A stretch of DNA of 61,351 bases, counting the filler, from Sphacelaria rigidula (taxonomy: Eukaryota), in the NCBI GenBank assembly GCA_964200075.2. It is 4 parts of 4 records of this genome, joined end to end, with 100 filler letters (N's around TTAATTAATTAA, not from the genome) between each part and the next. Parts side by side here need not be neighbours in the genome. Positions count along the whole stretch, not along the records: positions 1 to 15,268 come from CAXNAA020001832.1; 3 more parts are not named here. One strand, given 5' to 3'. Of the stretch, positions 1-11,794 are shown piece by piece. The notes below the pieces were generated by a model. That model was not told the DNA's origin. It searched no databases and saw nothing but the letters and a program-made list of their open reading frames with translations. Made by a program: the position numbers and the translations under genes. Position 1 is the first letter of the stretch. Every line of letters starts with the position of its first letter.

Positions 1-66
1 GGTCCCAAGATATAGAGTTTTTCCCGCCAGGTGCCTTAAGCGTATCTTAATTGGTACATTTTCCTC

Positions 67-400
67 TATAGGATAGGATTGAGAGTGAAAAGCGGCCAAT
101 TAGTGAATGAATCACTTCAGTTCCGAAATGCCCCTTCACGAGGCCCGATATGCTCTCTGTAGTAGCTTGCCACTGAGGCCCTTGATACCCCTGAGTAGGA
201 TATCGACGTGTGGCTGTAAGCACACGCCATTGATTGAGACAAGGAAAAGCCTACACGGAATAAAAAAAATGGCCAAGTTCGATAAATGACCAAAGTCACT
301 CTCAATCAGCGCTCTACTCAAAATCTCACGAAGACGTTTTTGTATGTGGTATCGAGAAAAAAGCCGCAACATCTGGGTGAACTGCAGATGAGGCATTCGC
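67..400 (+). repeat. Dispersed repeat, diverged copy of 48549-48852 (opposite strand); probable decayed TE
   Basis: Blocks such as GATTGAGAGTGAAAAGCGG, CCGAAATGCCCC.CACGAGGCCC and TGTAGTAGCTTGCCACTGAGGCCC recur as reverse complement in scaffold D; ORFs 107..289 and 48462..48812 translate alike (FSSEMPLHEA.Y..CSSLPLRP.I.LS). Confidence 0.75.
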
Positions 401-798
401 CGAAATATTTACCAGCAAACTCTGCTCCAGCGCACTGTAAGTTGACATTGCTAGGACACAACCATGACCACCTTGCCGGCTGCCAGACTGTCACAGACTG
501 ACAGGACGTAGGATCTGCTAGCATTGCTACTGTCTGTACGGGGGTGTTGCCCCCTTGTCAGGTACGTTTTGGCGCATGATAGTAGATGAAGATCATCCTT
601 CCTCGTACATGGGCACCAAACGCTGGGGGTTCTCACTCAAGACTTCGATTTGGAGGATGATACTAGGCAAGCAGCGGCAACTGCTGTGTGTTCAGGTTCC
701 CCTTGGAGCAGGATGCGTTTGGCGTCTGTTTGACGAAGTTTTTCCCAAAAAACGAAATCGATAGGGGTTTCAGAGTGGGAAAATCTAGCAAAAAAACT

Positions 799-892
799 AT
801 CGCAAGAGTCGGGTCGCAAGAATCAGGTCGCAATAGTCAAGTCGCAGAAATCAAGTCGCAGAAATCCTGACGCAAAAATGGAGTCGCAGAAG
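799..892. repeat. Short degenerate tandem array (~14-bp unit AAGTCGCAGAAATC)
   Basis: About six TCGCA-containing units in series. Confidence 0.6.
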
Positions 893-2001
893 ACCAGTCA
901 GTCGAAGTTTTACCCGCAGCAGAAACCAACTTCACTTTGTGAAATTGGAAAAGATGGAATGTGTTCTTGTTTTCGGCTTTTCACACTAAAACCAACCAAC
1001 TTAACGCCTCGGCTGGTTTTCGCTTCAAAATGACCCCTTTCGAACAAGACACAAAATGTTCTAGAAAAAACGCATGAAAGGCAAAAGCCTAGGCGTTCAG
1101 CATCCTCCCAGTATGAGCGGCTTAATTTTTTCTCTGAATCTTCACGTTAGGAGACGTCTGAACACTTCGGACAACAGCGCAACACTTCGCAGCCCTGGCC
1201 TGAGAGCACGCCTTGGCGCTCGCCAGCGTGCGAGAGTTATCAGAAACCCTACCAGTGACACCCTGGGTCATATCGCAGCGTAAAAAGCGACGTGGGTTGG
1301 CGGTGTCCATCTTCTTAGACTGTGTGCGTCAGCAGAGGTGGTCAAGCTGTTAGGGTCAGCACGCTGGTGTTGGTCTCAAAACCACCATAGGTAACTAAAA
1401 ACTGAGCACTTGCTGACAATCGTTTCGTCTACCCGTTTTCACCGACCGATTAGCTGCTTATACTTGTATTCGTTTATTAACAATGCGACCATCTTTGCAT
1501 CTTTCCATCCGCTCTTTGGTTCTGCGAAAATGGATAAACAACAACACAGCTTCATGCTGAATGGATTTCGTCCCTATGCCGTATATTCCACACCCCCATC
1601 AAAGAGTATCATACCAGCATCGCATAGGGCAATATCATCGACATCACCGCCAATGAAGTTCCAAATTATCATATCAACATGCAGTGCAGCCATGCTGCGT
1701 GCAGTATCGAGGCTGCTTATGCCTCAGACTGTATGGAACACTCATCAGTGCTGGCTATCGGGGGTCCCTGCCCATTTTCCAAGCCTGGAGTGGAAACCAA
1801 GACCGCGATGAAACAAAAGCCGTTCTACACTCCAAATTTCGAAGAAAACAAAAGGAAGCTCTGCTTGGAAAATCTACGACGGTAGGAACAAAAATGACCC
1901 CGTTTTTCATAAAGAACCTCCCTGGCTGTGCTGTCGCCGGTGCAGGTAAGGACTCTGATAAAATCAAAACGAGCATGGTAGATGGAAAACGGAATAAAAA
2001 A

Positions 2002-2077
2002 TCACGCTCTGTACTCGTCGCCCACGTCGCCGATGACCGTCATCAAATCTCGGGCTTGCTCCGTCACGCCCGAAATC
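2002..2077 (-). CDS. Aldo/keto reductase family protein, last coding exon ((R)ISGVTEQARDLMTVIGDVGDEYRA*)
   Basis: TAG acceptor at 2080-2078; phase 2 matches the upstream exon; TGA at 2004-2002; C-terminus resembles the DLLxVIGDCGDEYR end of plant At2g27680-type AKRs. Confidence 0.9.
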
Positions 2078-2834
2078 CTACGTAGCAGTTGATTGATTGG
2101 TTGGTGCCCAAAACCCAACACGGAACAGAAACCAGCCGAATTGCAGTGCCCGCCAATAGAAAAGACCCACGTCGACGAACATGCACATATATGCATAAGA
2201 ATATGTATACATATATATTTATACACGGAAAAGGAAGCCACAGAGCGCGCACGCGTAGAGGGGGGAGGGAGATACGGAGGAGGCGTCACGAAACGAACTT
2301 TGATGCGAACCATCAGCGGTGTTTCTGTTCTTGTCAAATGGAATTGGTGCGGTAAAACTGGCCGTGACAAATGTACTTCATAACATCGAGCTATTTGTGC
2401 CTGGCTGGAACGCAGTCGCGCCCGGGTGGTGTGATGGTCCGACTGTTGCCAGTAGGGTGAAGAGAACGTGGGTTCGGCTTCAGATGCGCTGGGTTTTCCC
2501 TTCGAAGTATCTGATTCCCACCATTGACAGCGCGAGGACCTGAGCAGGCAAGAAGCATTTCCTTAGTTTTTTTGGCGAGAGTTGACGCGGCATGGGAGTG
2601 CTGACCCACTCCGCGAGTACAAAATGCAACGCGTGTACAGGGGAGAGATGATTTCATCCCTTGAGACAAAACAGTCGTTTCAAGGAAGGGGCTAGCTTCG
2701 AGTGTGACAAAAACAGGATTTGAAAAAAAAAAAAAAAAAAAAAAAGGAGNNNNNNNNNNAACACGAGAAAAGGGGAGAGAAGATTTAAACCCATGAAAAA
2801 AAAAAGACGATAAAAGAAAGGGGAAAAAAAAAAG

Positions 2835-2878
<44 letters not shown>

Positions 2879-4075
2879 GTGGCCACAGGATTTTCTTTGT
2901 TCAGGAATGCCTTGTTCGTGTTCGTGCTCGTTTGTTCGTCCGTGACGAAATAATCTCTCTCACAATCGGTACAGTATACGGCGACCTTTTTAAATCATTC
3001 AAGATTTTTAGAGAGCGAAAACACAAAATCCGGAAATTTTTCATCAACAGTGATGATGCGACAGGGATTGTTGCTCTTCGCCGATTTGGCTTTCGTCGTC
3101 GCACGGTAGATGAAATGGAACAGCTTGGTCAGAAGAACGGTGCCAATGAATATCATACATGATAAATCGCAGTAGTCGATTCCACGCGGTGAAGTTCCGA
3201 GGAACAGCCTTGAGAACCCCGGCCTCTGGATAATGACTCATAACACCATCACCTTTCAAAAATGGGGGAGGTGTGGAAAATAAGCTGCTCGTCAAGGAGA
3301 AAATGACTGCAAGCATCATGTACAGTATATTCGTGAAATGCCAAACAATCCGTCGAGCAATAGTATCCGGATACTACAGTGTATGCACATCTGCTGGGCG
3401 GTTGTTTTGACCTCGTATACAGTAGGTAGTACGGACGGGATAATTCAGCAGGAAATGCGATGTTACGAACGACGAGAAGCATAGTCATGATCCACATGTA
3501 GGTCAAAAATTCATTTTTTTTCGCAATATCTAACGCTAGCGCGCGCGCACTGCGCAGAACGCCTTTTGTGCGGATAGATTATACTACTCCCAGAATAGAT
3601 CATTTGCAACCGAACGGGTGTGCTCGTTGAGTGAAAATTGCACCGCACCCGGTGAAACGTTTGACCGCCAGGGTGGATCATCTGTCGCATCGACGTCACT
3701 TTTTTTTTTAAACCTGTGTGAGCCCCACATCACCCACCATGGCGGTCGAAGGGATGATGTTCAAACTTTTGAATGAAAAAAACGGATTTGGAATTTCCTT
3801 TCGAAAAAGAACTCATTAGAAATACAGTTTGTACAACAGTATTTCTTCGTGGGTATACTTCATTTTAATCCCTCTTGTCTTCTCTTTCCCTTCTTCACCT
3901 GTATAAATATTTAGCAGGTCTGATGGATTTGCACTTAACTCTTCCCCATCTACTCCGGGGGAAGATATTTGTCTTCATTTTCTGGACATCCTTCTCATTG
4001 GTTTTTGTTTTGTTTTATCTTTTATTCGTATTTGGAGCCTCAGATATAAATCAGTGAAAGCTGTATGTCTTTGAA

Positions 4076-4181
4076 GGAATACGAGTAGCAGGGACGGTAT
4101 TGGAAAGACGACGAGTCTTACGTCTGTGACCACGGGTTGGAGATATCGGGCTAATGTGCGAAAACAATATTAATGATAATA

Positions 4182-4231
<50 letters not shown>

Positions 4232-4233
4232 AA
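4076..4233 (+). mobile_element. Retroposon (LINE/SINE) 3' end with (GAT/AAT)n tail
   Basis: Shares GACGGTATTGGAAAGAC, TACGTCTGTGACCA and ATGTGCG with 20126-20345; both run into a trinucleotide microsatellite tail. Confidence 0.7.
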
Positions 4234-5096
4234 TTGTAGCAATAATTTTAGCGCGCAGGCAGGAGGGGGGGTGGGGGAAAGAAGGGGTGCTTGAATGTAG
4301 AGGTATGGCGCCCCTCGAGCAGGTTTAACCCACGACGAGGTCCCAGAGCATAACCGACTTAATGGTATTATGTATATTGATACGACGACAAAACCTGTTC
4401 CCTATCGTGGTACACGTGGTTCTACATCATCTTTTCTTCTCTCCTGGCGGCATATGGAGCACGTGGCATCACCATATATCCGAAACGTGTTAGCGGGGAC
4501 AGGCACAACAAAACGGGAACATGAAAAGGGGGGGGGGGGGGGGGAAATTTACCCCCACCAACAAAACGGGAGAAAAAAATATTGTTTAAAAAAAAAAAAA
4601 AAAAAAATATAATAANNNNNNNNNGCGTATAGGAACATGCTCACTCAAACTCAAGAAGGGAGAGCGGAAGACGAAAAAGAAAAAAGAGAAGGAAGGGGGG
4701 GGGGGGGGGGGGGGGGGGGGGACATTTCACCCCAACTCAACACGCGGTATCAAATAATTTGTGTAAAACAACATAAAACAGATTATATACTATAAGCAGA
4801 GTAAGTTTACTATTTTACCAATGGTGTATCTTGTCCCGGGTGTGACTTATGATCGTGCGGCAAAGCGAAGGCATAGCGAAGCACACCGAAGCACAGCGAG
4901 GGACCCCTTGAGCAAGTTCAACCCACGACGGGGTCCCAGACCGTAACCGACTTGATGGCACTCGGCAGAAATTGTACTAATAATGCGTGCGGTATCGAAA
5001 ATATTGTGCATTACAACAGAAAACAAATGATATCCAATAAGCAGAGTAAATTTACTCTTCTGCCAATGGTGTATCTTGTCCAGGGTGACTTGTGAT

Positions 5097-5152
5097 CGAA
5101 GCATAGCGAAGCATAGCGAAGCATAGCGAAGCATAGCGAAGCATAGCGAAGC
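5097..5152. repeat. 10-bp tandem repeat (GCATAGCGAA)x5
   Basis: Perfect units directly visible, a few bases into the intron from the AKR donor; degenerate copy at 4864-4899. Confidence 0.9.
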
Positions 5153-5160
5153 GGTCACAC

Positions 5161-5268
5161 CTGCTTCGGTCTTCCTCATCCAATTTGAGGTTGAAAACCT
5201 TCCTGTTATCGTCGGCATGATCTGTTAGCCCGAGACGCGTGCCCACGATAGCTCCGGCGACAGCTGGT
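5161..5268 (-). CDS. Aldo/keto reductase internal exon ((R)PAVAGAIVGTRLGLTDHADDNRKVFNLKLDEEDRS(R))
   Basis: CAG acceptor 5271-5269, GT donor 5160-5159, 108 nt, phase 2-2; AKR NADPH-binding C-terminal region. Confidence 0.92.
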
Positions 5269-5337
5269 CTGCTCACAACACACACATGCACAAACGGAGA
5301 TGCACAAACACGCTGACGAGTCATGCTACGATAGGGG

Positions 5338-5643
5338 CACTCATGATCTTGCATGCCGTACTCGTATGACCATTGACTTTGCATCCCAATAAGGTCGGAA
5401 CGGAGCACGCCGGGTTTTCGTCGGATCAGCCTCGCACTCAATCACCAAGCGAGGAGCGAGGAGCGCCGTGATATATTCGGCGAGTCGCATGAAGGGTTCG
5501 CTCCATCCTGCTGAGATTGTTCGGCCCGGAGCATGCTGAATATCTTGCATTTGGATGACAGCTTCCAATGAGATGCTTCATTTTCTGGTATTGCCACTTC
5601 CGGAGACAGCCACGGGTTACACACTGCCTCGTGAATATCTCAC
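5338..5643 (-). mobile_element. 5'-truncated LINE 3' end (family 2, terminus GGCATGCAAGATCATGAGTG) with 16-bp TSD
   Basis: Flanked by CATGCTACGATAGGGG (5322-5337) and CATGCTACGATAGGAG (5644-5659); terminus matches 34356-34452 and 44213-44259; encodes a GCKVNG motif like the GCVVNG end of the 29796-30634 LINE. Confidence 0.8.
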
Positions 5644-6902
5644 CATGCTACGATAGGAGTGGGTGCTTGATTCTACGAAATAAAAGGGCTCTCACAGGAG
5701 TGTCAGACGACCTTACACACGCACAGTGCGCTTGCATCTGGATATAACCGGCGTCAAGCAGTATGAACGAGCGGAGTTTATCGGTAACAAGCACTTGCGA
5801 ACAACCGTTGCTGCTTTCAACGACAATATGAAGTGAAAGTTCGAGGAAGAAGTGGTCCAAAATACCCCCCCCCCCCCCCCCCCCCCCCCCTTTCTTTCGC
5901 CTACTCCCCCCACCCCCAAAACCAATATTAATAAATATTTTTTACATCTCACCAGAAACCCATCCTCCTGTTGTAGCCTGACTCCACACACACGGTCAAA
6001 ATATATGTATGAATACATTTTTACTCCCCCTGAACAGCAGTACACGGTCGGTTTGGATATTCCGCACAACGAGTAATGAACGAACACTTATGATTTTTCG
6101 AGTCGTGAGTTTGATTTCCATCCCAAAATCACACCGCGTTTCTTCCGAAAACAGGTACTTTTCTCCCTTCAAAGTTGATTTTTCTCCGTGCTGTTTCTTC
6201 GCTGGAAGGGTTTCCTCCGTTAGCCACCACGTAGTTTTGCCTTCGGTCAACGTAAAAAATGAAATAAAGGAAATAATAAAAGTGTGGTTCTGCATGTAGC
6301 TGAAGTAGCCAAGATCACCACGCGAAAAATACGTGTTTCTTCTTGTCTGCACGGTAGAACATACGACACCCTGGTACATCCACTAACAAAAAATCTTCGC
6401 CACATTCATACAGGAGTATATAGTCCCGGGAGAGGAGATGGAAGATGACCATCCCTTTTTCACGGTATTTCTTTAAACGTTCCGCCTTGCAGGGCATGAT
6501 AAAGAACAAATGATGCAGGGAAAACCTTGCTTGAGCCCTCAAATGTAATCGACCTTATATTTGTGATCAGAAGGGATACCTATGTATATATATGTGTATA
6601 TATATATTAATATTCAAGCTCCTGCGCCCCGATGGTCTAACTAGTACAACAACAACAACAATGCTTGTGATTTTTTTTTGTGCTCTTTTTCCTTTGCTCT
6701 TTCCCTCTTCTCCCTCCTTCCTCCACATGTCTTTCTTTTCTTCTTGCACTGGCGTTGCCTGTTGTCAAAGGCCACAATATACCGTTTCCCCTCGAAGCAC
6801 CCGACCAACCCCCGTCACAATCGTACACGGATGAATATGTGTATCATACTCCTTCGTACATTTATAAACAAAAAACTTCATTGTTTGTTGGTAGTATACC
6901 AG

Positions 6903-7170
6903 ATCGCCGGTCGCCCCGGTCGCCCCGGTCGCCCCGTTGGTAACCTCGACACCTTCGAAATCTTCTGACGGTTGGGTCGTGAGTTCAAATCTCGGTGAAG
7001 CTAGACGATCTAGGATTTTTCGTCACACCATCCTCAACACTGTAGAGCGGCTGTCTCGTAAGTACACAAAATTCAATCTCACCCTGGACGAGTGAAATGG
7101 ACCATTGAACTTCTCTCTCGATAAAAAATACGGCAAACACCGCAGAAGGAAGTTCGAGAACCGGAACAAG
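6903..7170 (+). mobile_element. tRNA-derived SINE-like repeat
   Basis: Head homologous to 15369-15470, with B-box GAGTTCAAATC; 3' part resembles 48160-48240 on the minus strand; ends in an AT-rich tail. Confidence 0.65.
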
Positions 7171-7342
7171 ATTAATATGTATAATATAATATATATTAGC
7201 CTTCCTTTCGTGTAACTCCGACTGATGTGCCCACATACACCGAAAAGTGTAGACTGGCGTGCAGAATAGATGGGATAACACACAACAAATACGTGATATT
7301 GCTGTCCTTCGAACGTTTTGTTTTGCCCAAATTTTGACTTGC

Positions 7343-7470
7343 CTGTCAAGTACCCAGCGCACAGCAACATTCGGCACGCTGACGCCATGCTTATCGGCAA
7401 CGTCCTTAACGACAGACAGCAGCTCCTGGAACAGAGGCCAACCGCCCCACCGGCGGATCATATTGTAGTA
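7343..7470 (-). CDS. Aldo/keto reductase internal exon (YYNMIRRWGGWPLFQELLSVVKDVADKHGVSVPNVAVRWVLD(R))
   Basis: AG acceptor 7472-7471; 128 nt, phase 0-2; non-canonical donor AG|GCAAGT; WGGW.LFQ.LL...A.KHGVS...VAVRWVL is characteristic of this AKR subfamily. Confidence 0.92.
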
Positions 7471-8106
7471 CTTCGAGGAGCAGAAACGGCAGGAAACGCG
7501 GAAGTCAAACAGGGGGGATAGCGGGACGGCTGTTTATTAGTTTTCGTTTGTGCTCGTTTTTTTGCTCAAATATTTTCGCTCTTTCTTCTTCTAGTATTTT
7601 TTCTTCATCAACAAACTTCAAATCATTCAGTCGTCGTTCTCTTCCTTGTTGCTCTGCTGCCTTCAGCCTCTCTCTTCTTTTCTGTCTCTTTTTACTGTTT
7701 CTTCATGTTTTTAATTAGTCATTTGGCTCTGCCCCCCCCCCCCCTCCTTTTTTTGCCGTTTTCTCATTGCCCAGTGCCAATTGCTTGCTTTTGCTATTGC
7801 CTTCGCTTCGCTCCTCTCCGCTTGATTTTCACTTCTCCTTTCGTTTTCCCCTCTCCGTTCCTTTGCTTGCTTTGTGCGCCCTGCCGGAAAACAAAAAAAA
7901 AACGCACTGCGTAATATATTACTTTAACGACAGAAAAAAAAAAAAAAAAAAATCTGTCGGGAATCGGATTCGTGACCGACCTTCCTGAGGTATCGTGTAA
8001 GACGAACAGGGGACATACAAAGACCCNNNNNNNNNNCCCCCACTCCATTCCTTTGCTATCTTAGAGACCCAAAAAAAAAAAAAAAAAAAAACAAAAAGAG
8101 AAAAAA

Positions 8107-8139
<33 letters not shown>

Positions 8140-8214
8140 GATCTGTCGGGATTCGAATTCGTGACCTTCATGACTGGAGTCTCCTGTATCACTTGGATTA
8201 CAGGGGCGCAGCGG
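8140..8214 (-). mobile_element. tRNA-like Pol III head (SINE remnant) followed by poly(T)
   Basis: Minus strand has A-box-like TGTAATCCAAGTGA and B-box-like TTCGAATCC, then a T-run; no intact cloverleaf. Confidence 0.4.
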
Positions 8215-8309
8215 TGTCACAAAAAACGTTCCAGGCTGGGCCCAATTCGAGGAGATTTCGGCCGAATTTCCACCAGGGTCTTCTGCACGCAAGTACGTCG
8301 AATGTTGTA

Positions 8310-11045
8310 CGTAAGTACAACTACATTAGTTGATAGTTGTATTTCAAACAACTAACTGTTCAGAATCGTGTGCAACGAGTTGTTTCCAAATAGCTAACGG
8401 TTCCGAATCGTGTGCAACTAGCTGTTACCGAACAACTACCGTGTACTTGGTCGACAAACAACTAACTTCACTCGGTTACGGGTGAAAAAAATGAAGACGC
8501 TATATGGTAGTGGTGTCAACTCGTATATGTTCAGGACAGGGAGTAGGCCAGAAAGATCAGGCCCATCTATTCTATGATAAAGGAAAAGACAGAAGTATGC
8601 GGTGTGACGCAAGGCAAAGGCATACGTCATTCGGGGCGCGAGCATGACACGTTCAAGATTTAGGCTTCACTGCTGCTGTTCCATGTATGCATCAAGTCCA
8701 ACTAGCGTGATCAACCACGGTTCCCCTCGGACATCGAAACACAAGCCTGTTTGCTGGCCACCATCTCCTGGTGCTGGTGTAGGAGTAGCTGGTGCTGGTG
8801 TAGGGCCGGCTGGTGGCACAGCTGCCATTTGGTGCGCTTGGTCTCTCGTGTGTGTTTTGTGTGAGTGCGTGGAGTGCTCACATGTTCATGCGTCAGCACG
8901 ATCTCGGCGGGCAACAGTCTAATTGTAATTGTTCCACGATGTCTACAACTACTCGGGCCATCAAACCACTACTTGTTCAGAGTCGTGTGAAACTAGTTGT
9001 TTCCAAACAACAGCCTGTTCAAAATCGTGCGCAACTAGTTGTTTCCAAAAAACTGCTGTTCCAAAACCGTGCGCAACTAACTGTTTCCAAACAACTACTG
9101 TTCCAAAACTGTGCGCGACTAGTTGCTTCCAAACAACCAAGGTTGTGCTCCGTAGGGTACGGGTTTCTGTATACCCGGGGTATCTTTTGCCGGGTATTTA
9201 CCATACCCGACCGTTCTGTGACTTCTGTAAGACTTTCATACCGGCACCCGACAAGTCTGTAAACTCTGTAAAACTTCCATACCCTCACCAGGTAGTTCTG
9301 TAATGTCTGAAAGACTCCCGAACCGTTACCGGTGGGCACGGGTATGCTCTTGATAAGATACCCGGTTGCGGGCATGATTTTCTGTGCAACCTCAATACCC
9401 TACCCGCCAGTTTCTATGAGTTCTGTAAGCCTCGCATACCCTTACCCGACAGGTCTGTGAGTTCTGTACAGAATGTTTACCCGTCCCCGCAGTGTGGGTA
9501 TGCTCTTGAAGGATACCTGATTGCCGGTATCGGTTTTCTGTAAGCTTCCCATACCGTCCCCAAAAGTTCTGTAATTTCTATAAGCCTTCCATCCGGTACC
9601 GGTACCCGACAGTTCTGTGAGCTCTGTAAGCCTGCCATACCTCTACCCGGGGTGAGGGTATACCTTTATAGATATACCCGATTACAGGTATGAGCACAGG
9701 TATATATCTCGGGGAGGCACGGATATAGGTTCAATCCAAACACAACCTCATGACCTGAACATGTATCTCCCATCGATCAACCCACTAAATTCCTTCATTC
9801 AAAACTGCACACCAACAATAATTTAATGTTGACAAGTTCTGTAGCTTGGAATCTGGCGGGATACGAGGTACCGCTGAGTAGAGACACGAACATGAGCAGC
9901 ACTGCAGACCGTCAGAATGGATCACCCCAAGACTCGAATGGTGACTCGAGCGGGGATGGGGATCAAGTAGCAAGACGCATGCCATCTACGTTGATGGTGG
10001 TTGTGTCGTGGTCATCAACCCCCAGGCCGTTATCGACATGTACAGCACAGAATATGAGCTGCCACCGAAAGTCGTCAAGGCCGTCGGCGATTTCGTCGCA
10101 TGCCGAAGGGCTTCCAGAGAACGGGCAGCCGTGAATACTGCTTCATGTACTCTCTGGGAGTGTACGTGAAGCCGATGGATGTTGATGATCCCATGCACAT
10201 GTACTACTGCGATTGTTCGTGTAGTCTCTCTCTATCAACCCCGTGAAGTCGTTCAGAGTTTTCGTGAGCTGTCATCTCCTGTATTTCGCCACTGCTGTAG
10301 TGACGTAGGTCCCACCACAGGGGTGATGATAATACCAAGGTCTTGTTTTGGAGGGTACGGTTTTCTGTATACCCGAGGTATTCGGGGGGTATTTACCGTA
10401 CCCGACAGTTCTGTAAACTCTGTAAGATTTCTATACCGGCACCCGACATTTCTGTAAACCCTGTAAGACCTTCATACCCGTACCCGATAGTTCTGTGAGT
10501 TCTGTGGGCCTCCCGTACCGTTACCGGGGGGCACGGGTATGCTTTTGATAAGATACCCGGTTGCGGGTACGGTTTTCTGGGCAACCTCCATACCCTCCCT
10601 ACCCGACAGTTTCTGTGAGTTCTGCAAGCCTCCCATACCCTTACCCGACAGTTGTGTAAGTTATGTAAGAAACCTTTACCCTAACCCGAGGGACGGGTAT
10701 GCCCTAAAAGAGTTACCTGATTGCTGGTACCCTTTTTCTGTAAGCCTCCCATACCGTACCCGACAAGTTCTGTGACTTCTGCAAGACTTTCATACCGTAC
10801 CCGACAGTGCGGTAAACTCTGTAAGACTTTCATACCGGTACTCGACGGTTCTGTAAGTTCTGTAAGGAATCTCATACCCTACAGAACGTACCCGTACCTT
10901 ACAGAACACAACCTTGCAAACAACTACACTTTCAAAATCGTGTGCAGGTAGTTGTTTCCAAACGACTAATCTCTCGGAATCGTGCGCAACCACGGGTAGT
11001 TGTTTGGAAACAGCTAGCCGGTTGTTGGTGGACAAACAACTAACT
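8310..11045. repeat. ~39-bp minisatellite arrays (CAAACAACTACTGTTCCAAAATCGTGCGCAACTAGTTGTTTC) at 8310-8468, 8944-9137 and 10917-11045; the second array is split by a hAT insertion
   Basis: Units directly visible; both arrays end in TTGGT(C/G)GACAAACAACTAACTT. Confidence 0.75.
9138..10916 (+). mobile_element. Non-autonomous composite hAT-like DNA transposon
   Basis: 26-bp TIR CAAGGTTGTGCTCCGTAGGGTACGGG / CCCGTACCTTACAGAACACAACCTTG; perfect 8-bp TSD CAAACAAC (9130-9137, 10917-10924); subterminal TACCCGACAGTTCTGT repeats; second 5' TIR at 10336. Confidence 0.9.
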
Positions 11046-11794
11046 TACTTAGTAGTTAGTCATAGTTGTACAGGGTGTGCGAAATGTTTTAGGAATACCG
11101 TCGTTTTTCGTTTTGGTTCAGAGTCATGACGTTTTTCCAGTTTCTGCTGAATTCCAAATCGATCTAACTTTCTGTGGACTATTTTCTCTGGCACCCCGGC
11201 AACATGCTGCGTGTGTTAATTAAAATGTCGTGTCAAAGCGTTCCTCAAGTCGTGGCTCATACGCACATCCATAGTAAAAGTCAGGAAAAAATCCATCTAC
11301 TTTTGCAGAATATGCGCACGAAAAATGCCGTGGCGGCTGGAAAATGACCCATATATATATATATATTAATATCAAATGGAGTACAACAGCTGTCGCCTGT
11401 CGCCTGTCGCCATGTCCTGGTGGTTTATTTCAAAATGGTACAGGAATCATGGTCGGTTCAGTGCCGAGGGTTGGGAGTTCCAATGACGACAGACGCGGCG
11501 TTTGCGAAAAGTAGCATCTGCTTTGCGTCGTTGACGGCGTGAGGAAGTGAGCCACACAAGAAATTCGGCGAGAGAGACCACGGCTTGCAGCCATGCTGAT
11601 CCAACCCGCGATACCAAGCTGTCAGGGAGGTAGCGAGGGAGAAATCAGATGGGTTGATCCATTGATATGGCGTGCTCGTCTCGAGGAAGGGATACAGGGA
11701 TTCATAATATGACGTGAATATATAAATACTGTAAGAGGCATGTATATATGTGCATGACGTACATAAATACATACTGTACGAAGAATATGAAGCA

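Noticed and set aside
4500-4800. Apparent duplications around the 10-N gaps (also ~2720-2880 and ~7930-8140)
   Set aside because: The two sides look like garbled versions of each other running through poly-A/G tracts, consistent with low-quality read ends.
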